From Candidatus Altimarinota bacterium (GTDB lineage: Bacteria > Patescibacteriota > Gracilibacteria > BD1-5 > UBA6164): a stretch of 64,000 bases of DNA. The first letter of the stretch is position 1. Every line of letters begins with the position of its first letter. A program made the position numbers and the translations under genes. The notes beneath the pieces are model-generated. The model had not been told where the DNA came from and ran no database searches. It was given only the letters and a program-made list of their open reading frames with translations. Location of the stretch: contig JASMTS010000014.1 of the NCBI GenBank assembly GCA_041694155.1, forward strand, positions 20,583 to 84,582. The letters run 5' to 3'. Positions 1 to 13,633 of this stretch are shown piece by piece.

Positions 1-548
1 TAAAAGATGAATGAGAAAAACTGGTAGCTAGTTGTAGAAGCCCAGAATACCACTCTATAATAGATACTCTTGATTGATATAAAGATTATTTTATAGCTTA
101 TGGAGGTCATAAGCAAGCAGCTTGATTTTCCATATCTAAGGATAAGTTTGCAGAATTTAAAACAAAAATAATAAATGAACTTAATTCTAAAGATTTTTCA
201 CATTACAAAAAAGAAATAAATATTGATAAGGTGGTTAAATTAGAGGAGTTATGATTTAATTTTTTAAGGGAAGTTAATAAATATAAACCTTTTGGTATAT
301 GAAATGAGAAACCGCTTTTTATGGTTGAAAATCTTGATTATGATAAGCTTGATTTTATAGGTAAATGAAGAGATCATCTTAGGTTTACTACTAAGCATTG
401 ATATAAAATATTTGCTTTTTATATGTGAGACTATTACGAGCAAATAAAAAGAAGTTCAACAAAACCTAGTTTGATTTTTGATATAAGTGAAGACTCTTGG
501 ATGTGAAAGAAAAATCTTATGCTAAAAGTTGTAGATATAATTTTATAA
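1..548 (+). CDS. recJ: single-stranded-DNA exonuclease RecJ, C-terminal part (5' end outside window)
   Basis: Open from nt 3 to TAA 546-548 with TGA=Gly. Translation contains FIAYGGHKQAAGFSISKDKF and KPFGIGNEKPLFMVENL, which are conserved RecJ C-terminal motifs. Confidence 0.7.
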
Positions 549-560
549 TAATATTTTTTT

Positions 561-1037
561 ATGGAAATATCTCAAAAAATAGTAGATTATGCTATATGGT
601 ACTATCTTAAATACTATCCATCTAAAAAAAAGCTATCAAAAAAGCTTATAGATAAATTTTGACCAAATAGTGAAAATGGTAAAAAATATTGAGGTATATG
701 AGGTGATGAAATATCTTATATTTTAGACAAAAAAATGTCTTCTATTATAGATGAGGAAGCAGTCATATTATCTAAAATAAGGTCATATAAGTCAAGATGA
801 AAATCAAAACTTTATATAAAGCAAAAGCTTTATGAAAGGCTTGAACCAAAAGAAATGATAGATGATTTTTTATATCAAGAATTTATAGATTGAGAAATGG
901 ATTCTTTAGAAAAAGAATATAATAAATTAAAATCAAAAATAAGAAATTATAAATCAGAAAATGAATACAAACAAAAGCTTATTCAAAAACTTATGATGAA
1001 ATGATTTAGTTATGATGATATAAAACAAATTATATAA
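561..1037 (+). CDS. recX: RecX-like regulatory protein
   Basis: 158 aa with TGA=Gly. Helical repeat protein ending KQKLIQKLMMKGFSYDDIKQII, resembling RecX three-helix repeats. Lies directly downstream of recJ. Confidence 0.5.
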
Positions 1038-1132
1038 AAGCTAGAATTTAGGTTCTAGTTTTTTTAATTTTGAAAAATAATCAAAAATATATAATATAAG
1101 ATATAGTTATTAACTTAAGATTATAAATACAT

Positions 1133-2392
1133 ATGTCTCAAACTATTATATGTCCTAATTGTTCTACAAAGATAGACTTAGATCAAGTAGCAAACCAAAA
1201 ATATAATGAACTTTTAAAAGAACAAGAGCAAAAACTTAGACAAGAACAAGCCAAACAAAAAGAAGAGTTTGATAAGGAGTTGGAAGAAAAGACCAAGGCA
1301 ATGAGAAAAAAAGCTCAAGAATATGCTGAAAAAAAAGCACTAGAAGCTAAAAAAGAAATGGAGTATGAGTTAAAAGATGTGCAAGAACAACTTCAAAAAG
1401 CACAAAAAGATAGGGAAGAAGCTAGGAAAAAGGAATTAGAATTTTTGAAAAAACAAAGAGATTTAGAGGATAAAGAAAAAAACTTTGAACTAGAGATGGA
1501 AAAAAAATTATACGAAGAAAGGAAAAACATTCAAAAAGAACTAGAATCAAAAATGGAAGAGTCATCAAAGAAACAAATGGATGAAAAACTTGAAAAAATA
1601 GCAGAAGATTATAGAAAAAAAGAGCTTGAAAATTACAAGCAACAAGAACAAATGAGAAAAACTATAGATGATTTAAAAAGAAAAGCAGAACAATGAAGTC
1701 AACAAATACAGTGAGATATTAGTGAGGATGATTTAAAAAATAGCTTATCACAATCTTTTCCTTATGATGAAGTTGAAGATGTTCCAACATGAATAAAATG
1801 AGCTGATTTAATTCAAACAATAAGAGATAATTTTTGACAAAAATCTTGAGTTATAGTTTGGGAGTCAAAAAATACCAAGTCATGGCAGGATGCTTGGGTT
1901 ATGAAATTGAAAGATGATAAATTAAAAGTAGGTTGAAATATAGCTATTTTGGTTACAAGTGTTTTACCAAAAGATATCAAACATTTTTGACTGGTAGATG
2001 ATATTATGGTTTGTTCTCCTGATTTTGCTATACATGTTGCCGGTATGCTTAGAGATAAACTTCTTTCTATATCTAAGGTAGAAAAATCTATGGAGTGAAA
2101 GGATGCCAAGATGGAAATGTTATATAAGTATTTATCGAGTGAAGAGTTTTCAAGTAAAATGAATATGATGATAGATGTTTTTTCTAATCTTAAGTCTTGA
2201 ATTGATGCAGAAAGAAGAGCTATGGAAAAAAATTGGAAAAAAAGAGAAAAAGATTTAGAAAGAGCTACTTTTGCTGTTAGCGGTATGTATTGAGAATTGG
2301 AAAGTCTTATGTGACAAAGTCTTCCTTGATCAAAAATGTTAGAATTAGATGAACCTGATTATGATGAAGATAAAACTGACTTAAAAAATTAA
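1133..2392 (+). CDS. DUF2130 family protein (N-terminal CxxC, long KE-rich coiled coil)
   Basis: Track ORF 1133-1696 continues in frame through TGAs to TAA 2390-2392 (419 aa). C-terminal region VWESKNTKSWQDAWVMKL...VTSVLPKD...MVCSP matches the DUF2130 pattern. Confidence 0.6.
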
Positions 2393-2402
2393 TAATTATA
2401 AA

Positions 2403-2816
2403 ATGTCTGAAAAAATGTCTTTTGATTTTGGTTCAAGAGAACCAACTTATAAGAGAAAAATATTAAAAAATATAATAGTAGATAGAAAAAGTAAGTATAG
2501 TGTTGTATGATGATTTGTATCTTCAAAGTCTGATGTAGATGATTTTATAAAAGACTTACTTAGTGATAAATACTTTAGAAAGTCTACTCATAATAGTTTT
2601 GCTTTTAGGGTGTGACTTGATAATTGATCAATATTAGAATCAAAAAATGATGACTGAGAAACATGAGCAGGTATGTGCATACTTAGAGAGCTTCAAAGAG
2701 AAAATATGATTAATGTAATAGTTGTAGTTACTAGATATTTTTGATGAATACATTTACAATCAGATAGATTTAAAAATGTTATTGATTGAACAAAATTAAT
2801 TTTAAAAGAAATTTAA
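2403..2816 (+). CDS. YigZ/IMPACT N-terminal domain family protein (UPF0029)
   Basis: 137 aa. Contains SKYSVVGGFV, HNSFAFRV, DDGETGAG and VVVTRYFGGIHL, all typical of the YigZ N-terminal domain. Confidence 0.7.
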
Positions 2817-2819
2817 AAT

Positions 2820-3476
2820 ATGAAAATAATAAAAAGTCTTGGTAAAAAAATAACTTTAAAAATTGATGAAACAGGTGAGCTTATAGTTAGGTCGCCTGCT
2901 TTTGTTAGTAAAAAAAAGGTACAAGAATTTATAGAAAAAAATAAAGAGTGGATAGCAGAAAAAAAAGATGAAGCTATAGAAAAGATAAAAGAATTTAGGG
3001 AGTGAGAAAAGTTTTATTTTTTCTGACAAGAGTATGAACTAGTCTTTGATGATGTTAGTGAAGATATTTATTATGATGGTATGAAGCTTTATTTACATAA
3101 AAGGCATAAAGTTGTAATTAAAGAAAAATTAATAGAATTTTATAAAAAAGAAGCAAAAAAATATATAGTTCCTAGAGTCAGAGAAATAGCATCCAAAAAT
3201 TGACTTGATTATAATATCGTAAAGATAACCAGTGCAAAATCTAGATGGGGAAGCTGTACAAACAAAAAAAATCTTAACTTTACATATAGGCTTATAATGG
3301 CTCCTACTAGATCTATAGACTATGTTATAATACATGAGTTGGCTCATCTTAAACATATGGATCATTCAAAAAAGTTTTGGGATTATGTTCAAGAGCTTAG
3401 TAGTTCTATGTATCCTTGAAGTTATAAAATAAATGAGCAATGGTTAAAGCAAAATGGTTCAAAGATAATGTATTAG
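2820..3476 (+). CDS. YgjP-like (DUF45, M48 family) metallopeptidase
   Basis: Track ORF 2820-3005 extends through TGAs to TAG 3474-3476 (218 aa). SRWGSC...IDYVIIHELAHLKHMDHSKKFW contains the HExxH zinc motif of DUF45 proteins. Confidence 0.75.
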
Positions 3477-3563
3477 TTTTTTACATTATTTTTACATTTT
3501 TTTAGTTTTTAACAATAAATGTTAAAAATAATTGTACACTATAATTTATAAATAATATATAAA

Positions 3564-4196
3564 ATGGAAATAAATAATTCTTTATTAAATGATTTTAAAA
3601 ATAAGGATTCTAAATTATTGGCAGTTACAAAGTATTTTGATAAAAATAAAACTAATGAATTATCTGATATATTGCTAAAAGATTATAATGATATTGTAAT
3701 ATGATTATGAGAAAATAGGGTTAATTCATTAAAAGAAAAAAATCTTGATAGAGAATCGACTCATTTTATATGAAATATTCAAACAAAAGAAATAAAGCAT
3801 ATAATAAAATATTGTATGTATATACATAGTGTAGATGATATAAAACAATTATATAAAATGGAAGAAATATGCTCTAAGTCATGAAATTGGATTCAGATTT
3901 TTCTTCAAATAAATATTGATGAGACAAAACCTGGTTGAATAGATATAAGTGATATACCAAAATATTTAGAAATAATATGAGACTTAGAAAATGTAAGCCT
4001 TATAGGATTTTCTTGAATAGGTAAAAGTGATTTTACTATCGAAGAAAAAAATAAAGAATTTCAATTATTAAAAGAACTTAGAAATAAATATTTACAAAAT
4101 TGACTTGTATCTGCTGGTACTTCTGTTGATTATAAAATAGCAATTGAAAATGAAATAGATATTGTAAGAATTGGTTCAAAATTATTTAATTTATAG
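3564..4196 (+). CDS. YggS-family pyridoxal-phosphate homeostasis protein
   Basis: 210 aa. LLAVTKY (PLP lysine), THFIGNIQTKE, IHSVD, SAGTSVDY and RIGSKLF follow the YggS/PLPBP pattern. Confidence 0.7.
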
Positions 4197-4200
4197 TTAT

Positions 4201-4836
4201 ATGAAAAAACAAATATTATTTATATGATGAGGAGAAGCTTTTGAAAATTTTTATAATAAAGACTTTATAAAAAACAAATTAGATTTTTATAAAAATGATT
4301 TTGATTTTAATCCATTTTTAGAGAAAACTACTAATTGGAAAGACTATTTATCTTTTGAATTGGAATCAAAATATGATTTTATAAAAATGTATAGACCTAT
4401 GTCAGATAGTGCTATTTATGATTTTTGGAAGATATCATTTGAAAAAACTCTGTATTTTTTGAATGAAAATCCTGTACTTATATGACATAGTCTTTGAGCT
4501 ATTTTCTTAATTAAGTATTTTTGTGAAAATCCTAAAGCTTTAAATAATATAAAAAAGATATTTTTTGTTTCTACACCTTTAAATGACTCTAAAGATGAAA
4601 TTTTATGAAGTTTTAATATTGATAAGACTCTTATAAATAATATATTACCATATCAAAGCAAATTTTCTTTCATTCATAGTTTAGATGATGAAATTGTTTC
4701 AAGTAATGATTTTTATGAACTAAAAAAATTGTTAAATAATTCAGAGTTTTATTCTTTTGATAATTATGGTCATTTTATTTTTAATGATGAATTCCCAGAG
4801 CTATTAGATTTGATAAAAAATATTGATTATGAATAA
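4201..4836 (+). CDS. alpha/beta hydrolase (YdeN/RBBP9-like serine hydrolase)
   Basis: 211 aa. Nucleophile elbow LIGHSLGA, later acidic residue SLDDEIV, and GHF near the C-terminus. Confidence 0.55.
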
Positions 4837-5275
4837 TATAATATGAAATAGTTTATGAACTTGTGACGATTGAATCAATAAAAACTTCGTTTATTATATA
4901 AATGAAATTTTTAATAAAATATGAGTTAAGAGAGTAAAAAATGATATTTTGTTGAAGAATCATAAAATAGTTGAATTATTATCAATAGTTGAACCTGATA
5001 TTACAAATGATGTTACGGATGAATTATATAGATTATGATTGACTTATATATGACATTTTTCTAGTGAAAATGATGAACTATCTAAATTTTTAGAGAACAA
5101 TAAATCTGATATAAAAACATGAAAAATTTTGTTTTGATTTTTTTATGAGGGCTTAAAAATATCTCACGTAGTATTTGTATCTCAATATGTAGATACAAAA
5201 TATATTGATAATATAATAAATGATACTAAAAAAGATATAAATAAATCATTGCCATCTATTAATATAAACATATAA
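4829..5275 (+). CDS. hypothetical protein
   Basis: 148 aa ORF with TGA=Gly. Its ATG overlaps the previous stop (ATGAATAA). No recognisable motif. Confidence 0.4.
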
Positions 5276-5302
5276 AAAACACTTTTTTTAAAAAGTGTTT
5301 TT
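5275..5302. terminator. bidirectional hairpin terminator between convergent genes
   Basis: AAAAACACTTTT / AAAAGTGTTTTT 12-bp stem with a 4-nt loop, flanked by A and T runs. Confidence 0.6.
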
Positions 5303-5874
5303 TATATGTTTTTTAGATTTTTAAGTTCTCATTTTCATTTTACTATCAAGTATATGTGATAGGGAGTTTGTATTATTCATTTTCATATATTATATAATCA
5401 CTCTAGTCAAGCTACTAAACTATTGCTAGTTCATAATGCAAAACCTAATATATGTTCGTGAGGCATGTTAGGATTTTTGGCTACTCTTATAAGTTTATCA
5501 GGAAGAAATGATTCTATATTATTTTCTATGTCTTCAATTTTAAAATTCTTTTCTATATCATCTTTTAGAGTCATTATTTCAAAGTGAGCATTTTGTTCAA
5601 TACTTTCTTGTGCTCATTTTAATATCAAAAAAAGTTTTTCCTGCTCTTTTGTTTTTAAGTTTTCAAAAGAGTTATTACCAGATTCTATTAGTTCTTTTTT
5701 TAGGTTGTCTATTCATTTAGAAGTATCAATTTTTATTAATTTTTCTGCACTTTGTTTTTCCAATCAATAATTTTTTGATATATCTTCAGATAATTTATTT
5801 AATAACTCTCTTTGATTATCAAAATTTTCTTCATTTTGCTCTATTGATTGATTACGATTTTGTTCTATTGTCAT
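5302..5874 (-). CDS. hypothetical protein
   Basis: 190 aa on the minus strand with TGA=Gly. Its start overlaps the end of the upstream TPR gene by 23 nt. No known motif. Confidence 0.45.
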
Positions 5875-7393
5875 TTTCTTCTTTATTATTATTAATATTT
5901 TTAATAGTTTTATCTATCCAGTAGTCAATAGTTTTTATATATTCTCTATTTTTATCTAATTCTTTAGCTTTTTTAAAACTTTTTAATGCTTCTTCATATT
6001 CTCATTTCTTTGTTTTATATATTCAGTCAACCATTTGCAACATAGGATTATCACTATTTATTTCTAAACCTTTATTTATATTATTGTCTATTATTCTTTC
6101 TTGAACTCTACTCAAATTTTCATTTTGAAGCATAATCCATGACTGATATCAATAAAATAATTCAGATTCTGGATATCTTTGTTTTGCTTCTTCACTTATT
6201 TTTTCTGCATTATCAAGGTCAGAATTTATTATGTGATAATATATAGCTAAGTTATAATCTCTTATATCAAGGTTTTCAGATTTAGAATCTATTAATTCTC
6301 TAAATGTTTTTAACATTTTTTCTCTATCATCTATTTCAAAATATATAAAAATAAGTCTTCTCTTTATATCTTCTACATCATTATATCATATATTTATAGC
6401 TTTACTGAAGTGTATTACACTTAAAACATATTCATTTAATTTTTCATAAACTCTTCAAGTAAAATAACTCATTTCAGGGTCTTTTGTTTCTATTTTATTG
6501 TATGCTATTAAAAAGTCTCTTGCTTCTATATAATTTCATAACTCATATGCACTTTTTGCAGCTATTTTTAATACTGGTTTGTATCACTTGTTTTCATCTA
6601 ATATGTTTTTACTTGTTTCTAATGCTATTTTATAAAATCAATTTTTATAATATGCTCAACTTATTAATGCTGCCTTATATGTAAGATCATCTATTTTGAA
6701 ATTATAATAATTTGTAAAAGCATCTTTTATTGTTTGCATATTTTTATTTAATTCTTTTTTGTCTTCTTTGTTTTCTATTTCTTTATTTTCTTCATCTATT
6801 TTATCGAAATAATCTTGATATTTTTGCCTACAAAGTGAAAAATCATTTACACATGTTATTGAGTTCTTGTAGTAAAAATTATTTTGATCATCAAATCAAA
6901 AACTATCTATTTCATTATTTACATCTTGAACACTTCAAGAATTTGTTAAATCAACTGAATTTATATAACTATAAAGAGCTTTTTGTTTATCTAATTTTGG
7001 ATAATCTTTTATATTAGAATAAAAGTCATATGCTCTAGAATAATTTCATAATCTGTAATATATATCTCATATTTTTAAGTTAACTTCTCTATCTCATGGT
7101 ACTTTTCTATATACTTGTAGGTATTGAGTTAGGGCAGTAGTATATTCTTTGTTAGAAAAATATAGGTCTCACCTTGTTATAAGTCATTTTAGTTCTATTT
7201 TTTTTCTAAGTTCTTCTAGTCTTTTTGATGCATTTGTAGGTTTATTTGCTTCTTTTATTTCTTTTTCTAAAGATTCCAAGTCTCAACTAAATGATAATTC
7301 TTCTTGCTTATTAATATTATTATCTGTACTACAGCTAGTAAAAACAAGTGATAATAATGTTAATAAAATAATTGATACTATTTTTTTGTTCAT
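5852..7393 (-). CDS. TPR-repeat lipoprotein
   Basis: 513 aa. N-terminus MNKKIVSIILLTLLSLVFTSC is a signal peptide plus lipobox Cys. Repeated A..Y...G.Y..A TPR-like units follow. The plus-strand track ORFs at 6484-7502 are antisense artefacts. Confidence 0.6.
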
Positions 7394-7530
7394 AATAAAA
7401 ATTAATATAAAAAATACTGCTTTTTATTTTATACTTTACTATGTTTTTGTAAAGTTTTTTGTTTTATTTGAGTTTACAAAGCAAAAAAATAAATTAAACT
7501 AAATTATAATATTTTTTTAATAATAATTAA

Positions 7531-9024
7531 GTGTACAAAAAAATTGCATCAAATACTATAGCTCAAATTTTATCAAAAGTTATAACAGCAATAATAGCTA
7601 TATTTCTAATTAGTGTTTTGACTAATTATTTATCTGTTGAAATGTATTGATTGTATACAAAAATATATAATTATATATGAATATTTGTTTTTTTAGCTGA
7701 TCTTTGACTTTATGCTATTTCTATAAGAGAAATAAGTAATAATAAAAAGGACTCTTCAAAAATTGTATGAAATGTAATGTCACTAAGGCTTATATTAGGT
7801 ATATTTATTTTGTTTTTATCGTTGTTTATAGCTTATTTTATACCTTGATACAATTCTATTTTAGCATTATTATCAATATTTATAGCTTCAATTTTTACAA
7901 TATTACAGCTTCTTAATTCATCTATACTTGCTTTGATGCAGGCTAATATGAAAGTTGAATTTTCTGCTATAAGTTTGATTTTCTGAAAAATTATTAATTT
8001 ATGATTGGTAGCATTTGTTGCTTATTTTTTATATCCAAAAGAGTTTATAGAGACTAGTAATTATTTCACACCATTTTTATATATAATGTGTGCATGAGTT
8101 GTAAGTGTTTTGTTAAATACTATAATGAATTATTTTTATGCAAGAAATATAGTTAAATTTTGATTTGAATTTGATTGGAATTATATAAAACATTTATTCA
8201 AAATTTCTTTGCCTTATGGTATAGCACTTTTTTTGTCCGTAGTATATTTCAAGATAGATATTATACTTTTATCAATTTTGGAATGACCTGAAAAATGAGA
8301 TGTTAGTATTGCTCTTTATAGTTTGCCTATGAAAATAGTAGAAGTTATAATGGTTTTAGGCTGATTTTATATGACTTCTATATTGCCTAGTCTTACTTCG
8401 TATTTTAAACAAAAAAATCATACAAGCTTAAAACAATTAATAGAGGTTTCTTTTAAAGTTCTTTTTGCATTTGCTAGTGTTGTATTTTTTATGTGAATAT
8501 TATTTAGGGAATATGTAATTATGATAATAGCAAATAAAGATTATCTTATTACTGAGTATATGTATAATTCTAGTGATGCCTTTTTGGTAGTAATGGGAGT
8601 TATATTGTTTTATTTTATTTCCCTTGTATTTATATATAGCTTAGTTGCCTCGGAAAATCAAAATAAATTATTAAAAATAAATATTTTTGTAACAATATTT
8701 AATATATTATGAAATATATTACTTATACCAAAGTATAGTTTTATATGAGCTTGAATTACAACTTTGTTATCTCAAATTTTATTATTTTTATTTTGATATT
8801 ACTATACTAAAAAAATAGTAGATTTTAATATTCCTTATTTATTTATTTTTAGAAGTTTTATCATTTGATTTATAATATTTATCTTTGGGTATTTATTGAT
8901 CAATAATTATTCAATGAATTTATATTTTGATTTTTTTGTGTTTGGTATTTTTATATTTTTATTATTTTCTTTTTATTATTATCTAGAGTTCAAATGATTA
9001 ATCAAAAAAAATTTGCATAAATAA
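7531..9024 (+). CDS. MOP-superfamily oligosaccharide/lipid flippase (Wzx/MurJ-like)
   Basis: 497 aa polytopic membrane protein. GTG start directly follows an in-frame TAA. N-terminus KIASNTIAQILSKVITAI and the many-TM layout are typical of polysaccharide flippases. Confidence 0.6.
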
Positions 9025-9074
9025 TATTTTTTTTTAGACTTTTAACCTATTTTATGTAAAACTCTTATAAAATT

Positions 9075-11207
9075 ATGGACGAAGTTAGCTTTCTTACACA
9101 AACTTTATCGGTTTTGTTTTTATTAGTAATTTGTTCTTTTTCTTATATTATCAGTAAAAAAATAAACTTTCCATATACAGTACTATTGGTATTGGTATGA
9201 ATTATTTTGGTACCTATTTCTCATATAGGTATTTTTTCTTTTATTGATGATTTCAAATTAACTCCTGATTTATTATTTTTTGTATTTTTACCAGTTTTAT
9301 TGTTTGAAGCTGCATATAATATAAATTATAGACAACTAATGACCAACTGGAAGGCTATAACCTGACTTGCGGTTTTTGGTCTTATTATTTCTGCTACAAT
9401 AGTTTCTACATCTCTTTATTTTTTATTTCCATTTTTTGGCCTTGAAATACCTTTTTTAGTATGTTTGCTTTTTTGAGTACTTATATCAGCAACTGATCCA
9501 GTAGCTGTATTATCAATATTTAAATCACTAGGTGCACCTAGAAGACTGACTATACTATTTGAATGAGAGAGTTTGTTCAATGACTGAACAGCAGTAGCAT
9601 TATTTTTTGTTATATTATGACTTATTCTTGAAGGTAGTGCCATAACATGAATGACTTATTTTGAGTGAACATTTATTTTTTTATCTATGGTAATATGATG
9701 AATACTGTTTTGATGATTTATGTGAATTCTTTTTAGTAAAGTTATATGATATATAAAAAATAATGAAGAAGTAGAAATAGTTCTTACAATGTTACTTGCT
9801 CATATTACTTTTATATTAGCTGAGTTAATTACTCATTATATACCATTTATACCTGTTTCAGCTGTTATATCTACTGTTGTCGCTTCTCTTATAATATGAA
9901 ACTATTGAAGGTATAAAATAACTCCTAGGGTAGAGGTTCATATGCAAAAATTTTGGGAGTTTTTTGCTTTTATATCTAACTCTATAGTTTTTATATTAAT
10001 GTGACTTATATTATCTAATATAAATGTAGATTTAAGTATTTTTATACTTCCAGTTTTAGTTAGTATATTAATTGTTGTTATAGCTAGAGTTATTTCTGTT
10101 TATATTCCATTAGGATTTCTTAATTGGACAAAATTAGAAGAAAAAATACCACATTCACGGATAGTGCTTTTATCTTGGGGAAGTCTTAGGTGAGCAATAG
10201 CTTTGGTTATGGTTTTATTGATACCTTGAGTTTGAGATCCTTCTTATGAAAAAGTATTAGCTTTTCAACAATCTGTAGGTTGGACATATGATTTTTCTAT
10301 AAAAGATTTCTTACTTGTCCTTACTATATGAAGTATAATGTTTACACTTTTTATAAAAGCTCCTACTATTCCTGCTATAATGAGAAAATATTGAGTTGAT
10401 AAGTTGCACAAATTGGAAGAATTTGAGTATGAAGAGTGAAAAATATTAGCCAATTTAAAAATATTACAAAAACTTAATACTTCATTTAAAAAAGCTTATT
10501 TAACACAGGTAGAATTTGACGAGTTACAAGAAAAATATAGTAAAAAACTAAGTTTGGCGGTATCAAATATGGAAAATATACTTAATGCAAAATGAGTAGA
10601 TTCTTATTCTCTTACAAAGAGAGCATTATCATTACATGCTTTGTGAATAGAAAAACAATATTTAAAGGAATTATTTTTTTATAATGAAATAGACGAAAAG
10701 AATTTTAAATATATATTTAGAAAAATAGAAAAACAAATAGAAAGATTAGAAAAATCAAATCAGCAATTAAGAAGTATATCTAAATTGAATAATGACTATG
10801 ATATTTTTTCAAGATTTGTTTTAGGTTTATACAAAAGAACTTCTACTGATTTAGATTCATATATTAGAAATAGAACAAGAGTAATAATAACAAGAAAAGT
10901 TATAAAAGAATTAAAAATATTATCTGATACAGAGCTTTGATTTGATAAAAAAATGTTTACAGAAATAATAGAGCTTTATTCTGGATTTAATAAACATGCT
11001 GATGAAAAGAGAATAAAAATATTTTCTTCTCACAAAGCTACTATAAATGCTGTTGAATCTAGACTTATAAATAAATCTCTTTTAAAATTAGAAGAAAAAA
11101 CTATCAAGGATTTGTATAATAAAGAAATAATTACTCCAAAATTATATATAAAATTTATGGAAGATATTGAAAAAGAAATGTATAGTGATGTAAAAAAGTT
11201 TGTTTAA
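9075..11207 (+). CDS. Na+/H+ antiporter, CPA1 (NhaP-type) with long cytoplasmic C-terminal domain
   Basis: 710 aa. Contains LFEAAYNI, ISATDPVAVLSIF and FEGESLFNDGTAVALF, which are signature CPA1 motifs. In frame with track ORF 10953-11207. Confidence 0.85.
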
Positions 11208-11240
11208 AAAAGATTTGTTTTATAAAACAAATCTTTTTTA
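11208..11240 (+). terminator. rho-independent terminator
   Basis: AAAAGATTTGTTT / AAACAAATCTTTT 13-bp stem, followed by a T run. Confidence 0.6.
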
Positions 11241-11301
11241 ATTGCAAAATATCTAAATATTATTAAATTTATATTTAGATATAATAATTAATTATAAAAA
11301 A

Positions 11302-11988
11302 ATGAAAATAGATAATTTAACTCTATCTTTTAGAAATAAGGTTATTTTAAAAGATATTGATATAGAGATAAAATCATGAGAATTTGTTTTTATAATAGGT
11401 CATTCAGGTAGTTGAAAAACATCACTTATAAGATCTTTGATATGAGATTTTGCACCTGAAAGATGAGATATAATACTAGATAGTAATCTAGCCTTGTATA
11501 AATGAATGACAAAAGATACTTTGTTGTCTTATAGGAGAGATATAGGAGTTATTTTTCAAGATTATAAATTATTAGAATCAAAAAAAGTATATGAAAATGT
11601 TGCTTTTGCTATGGAAGTTTGTTGATATAGTGATAATTTAATAAGAAAAAAAGTACCAGAGGCTCTTGAAAAAGTAGGTTTGCTTATCAAGAAAGATAAA
11701 TTTGTTTTTGAATTAAGTTGATGAGAAAAACAAAGAGTAGCTATAGCTAGAGCTTTGGTTCATGATCCAAAAATAGTTATAGGTGATGAACCTACTTGAA
11801 ACCTTGATCCAGAAACTGCCAAAGAAATAATGGATATTTTTCTTGACTTAAATGCAGAATGAAAAACTATTATAATGGCAACCCATGATTCGAATATTGT
11901 TAATAATATCAAGAAAAGAGTAATAACCTTCCACGATAGAAAAGTTATAAGTGATAATGTTAATTGATATTATAATTTGGAAATATAA
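11302..11988 (+). CDS. ftsE: cell-division ABC ATPase FtsE
   Basis: 228 aa. Walker A GHSGSGKTS (second Gly is TGA 11413-11415), signature [15 protein letters not shown], Walker [14 protein letters not shown]-loop ATHD. Confidence 0.85.
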
Positions 11989-12004
11989 AAAAGAAAACAA
12001 GTTT

Positions 12005-12640
12005 TTACTTGTTTTCTTTTTTATAATAATTGCACTTATCTCTAAATGGACAGCTTTCACATTTTGGTTTTCTTGCAGTGCAGTGATATCTACCAAATAG
12101 TACTAATGTATTATGTAACATTGCATGGTTTTTCTTTGTAAAATTTTTACTTATTTTTTTGTCTGTTTCTAGCGGAGTTTTTGTTTTAACTAATCATAAT
12201 CTATTTAATACTCTATGTACATGAGTATCAACTCATATATATGGAGCATCTTCTATTACTGCTAAAAATACTTTTGCTGTTTTTATTCATACACCAGGCA
12301 ATTTTGTTAATTCTTCTATATTTCTTGGTACTTTTGAGTCATATTTTTCATAAAGAATTTTAGAGCTTTCTTTTATATTTTTTGCTTTATTATTAAAAAA
12401 TGATATAGAATTTATAAATTCTTTTATATAATCTAAATCCATATTTACTCAATCTATAGGTTTTCTTAAAAAATTAAAGAAATTCCTATTAACTATATTT
12501 ACTTGTTTGTCTGTTGCTTGAGCGGACATAAGTATAGCTATCAATAGTTGAAACTCATTTGTATAGTGTAGTTCTGTTTTTGCATTTGGAAACATTTGGT
12601 TTAATTTTTCTGCAAATTCAGGTATATCTTTTTTAAACAT
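12005..12640 (-). CDS. nth: endonuclease III
   Basis: 211 aa. Track ORF 12449-12640 extends to TAA. Contains LLIAILMSAQATD, LPGVGIKTAKV (HhH), VDTHVHRV and the C-terminal 4Fe-4S cluster CTARKPKCESCPFRDKC. Confidence 0.85.
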
Positions 12641-12706
12641 TATAAAAACTAGATAAATTGTATATATTAAATATAATATAAAAAAAATATTAATTTAAAA
12701 GAAAAA

Positions 12707-13477
12707 ATGTTATATAAAGAATGATTTTTTTTAGAAAAACCAGTATGAAATAATGCTTTTAGCTATGAAAAAAGAAAAAGCAAAAAATTATATGTACCAA
12801 GTGTAGTAGATATAGATATAACTGATTTAGATAAAATACAATTACAAGATGATAAATCAAAAATAGCCTTTGAAGATTATGACTTTGATGATAAATTATC
12901 TACAAACTATGGGCTTAAAAATTTTTATAGAATAAATTGCTATTGAAAAGAAATAATACTTTTTGATAACCATAACCATGCTTTTTATTTTTGGTATGAA
13001 GCAAAAAGTAAGTGAATTATATGAGATAATAATCTACTTCTTCATATAGATGAGCATGCAGATACTAGAGATAACAATAAAATTTTACCTCAAGAAGATA
13101 GTTCTGACTTAAATAAAGTGTTTAATTTTACCAATAATGTATTGAATGTGGGAGATTATATAATACCTGCCGAAAAAGAGGGGATTATATGAAAAACTAT
13201 ACAAATTAGGAATACAAAAAACTTAAATGACTATATGTCTATATATTATTGAAATGAAAAACATGTGTTTAATGATTGAATTATATTAAATTTAGATCTT
13301 GATTTTTTTCAACCTGATCTAGATTTTATAGATTATGAATTAAAGAAAAAAGTTGTTTTAGATGCTTTTAAAAAAGCAGATTTTATAACTGTCTGTACTT
13401 CTCCTTTTTTTATAAATCAAGAGTTAGCCATAAATGTATTCAAAGACCTATTTTGAAAAATAAAACCTAACAAATAA
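12707..13477 (+). CDS. UPF0489 family protein (arginase/deacetylase-like fold)
   Basis: 256 aa. FDNHNHAFYFW and LLHIDEHADTRD resemble the UPF0489 (C5orf22-like) metal-site motifs. NLDLDFF occurs near the C-terminus. Confidence 0.5.
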
Positions 13478-13633
13478 TATAAATGTTTTGTTGATAAAAA
13501 AATAAAAATAGTTATTCTCTCTTAGTATTTTATTTATTTTGTATATTTATTTTGACATAATAACAAAAATAAATAGAATAATTCAAATGAGAATAATTCT
13601 CATTATATTCTTATATTATAATAAAATAAAGAT

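Noticed and set aside
6484-7502. Three plus-strand track ORFs with Phe/Leu-rich translations.
   Set aside because: They are antisense to the 513-aa TPR lipoprotein gene read with TGA=Gly on the minus strand.
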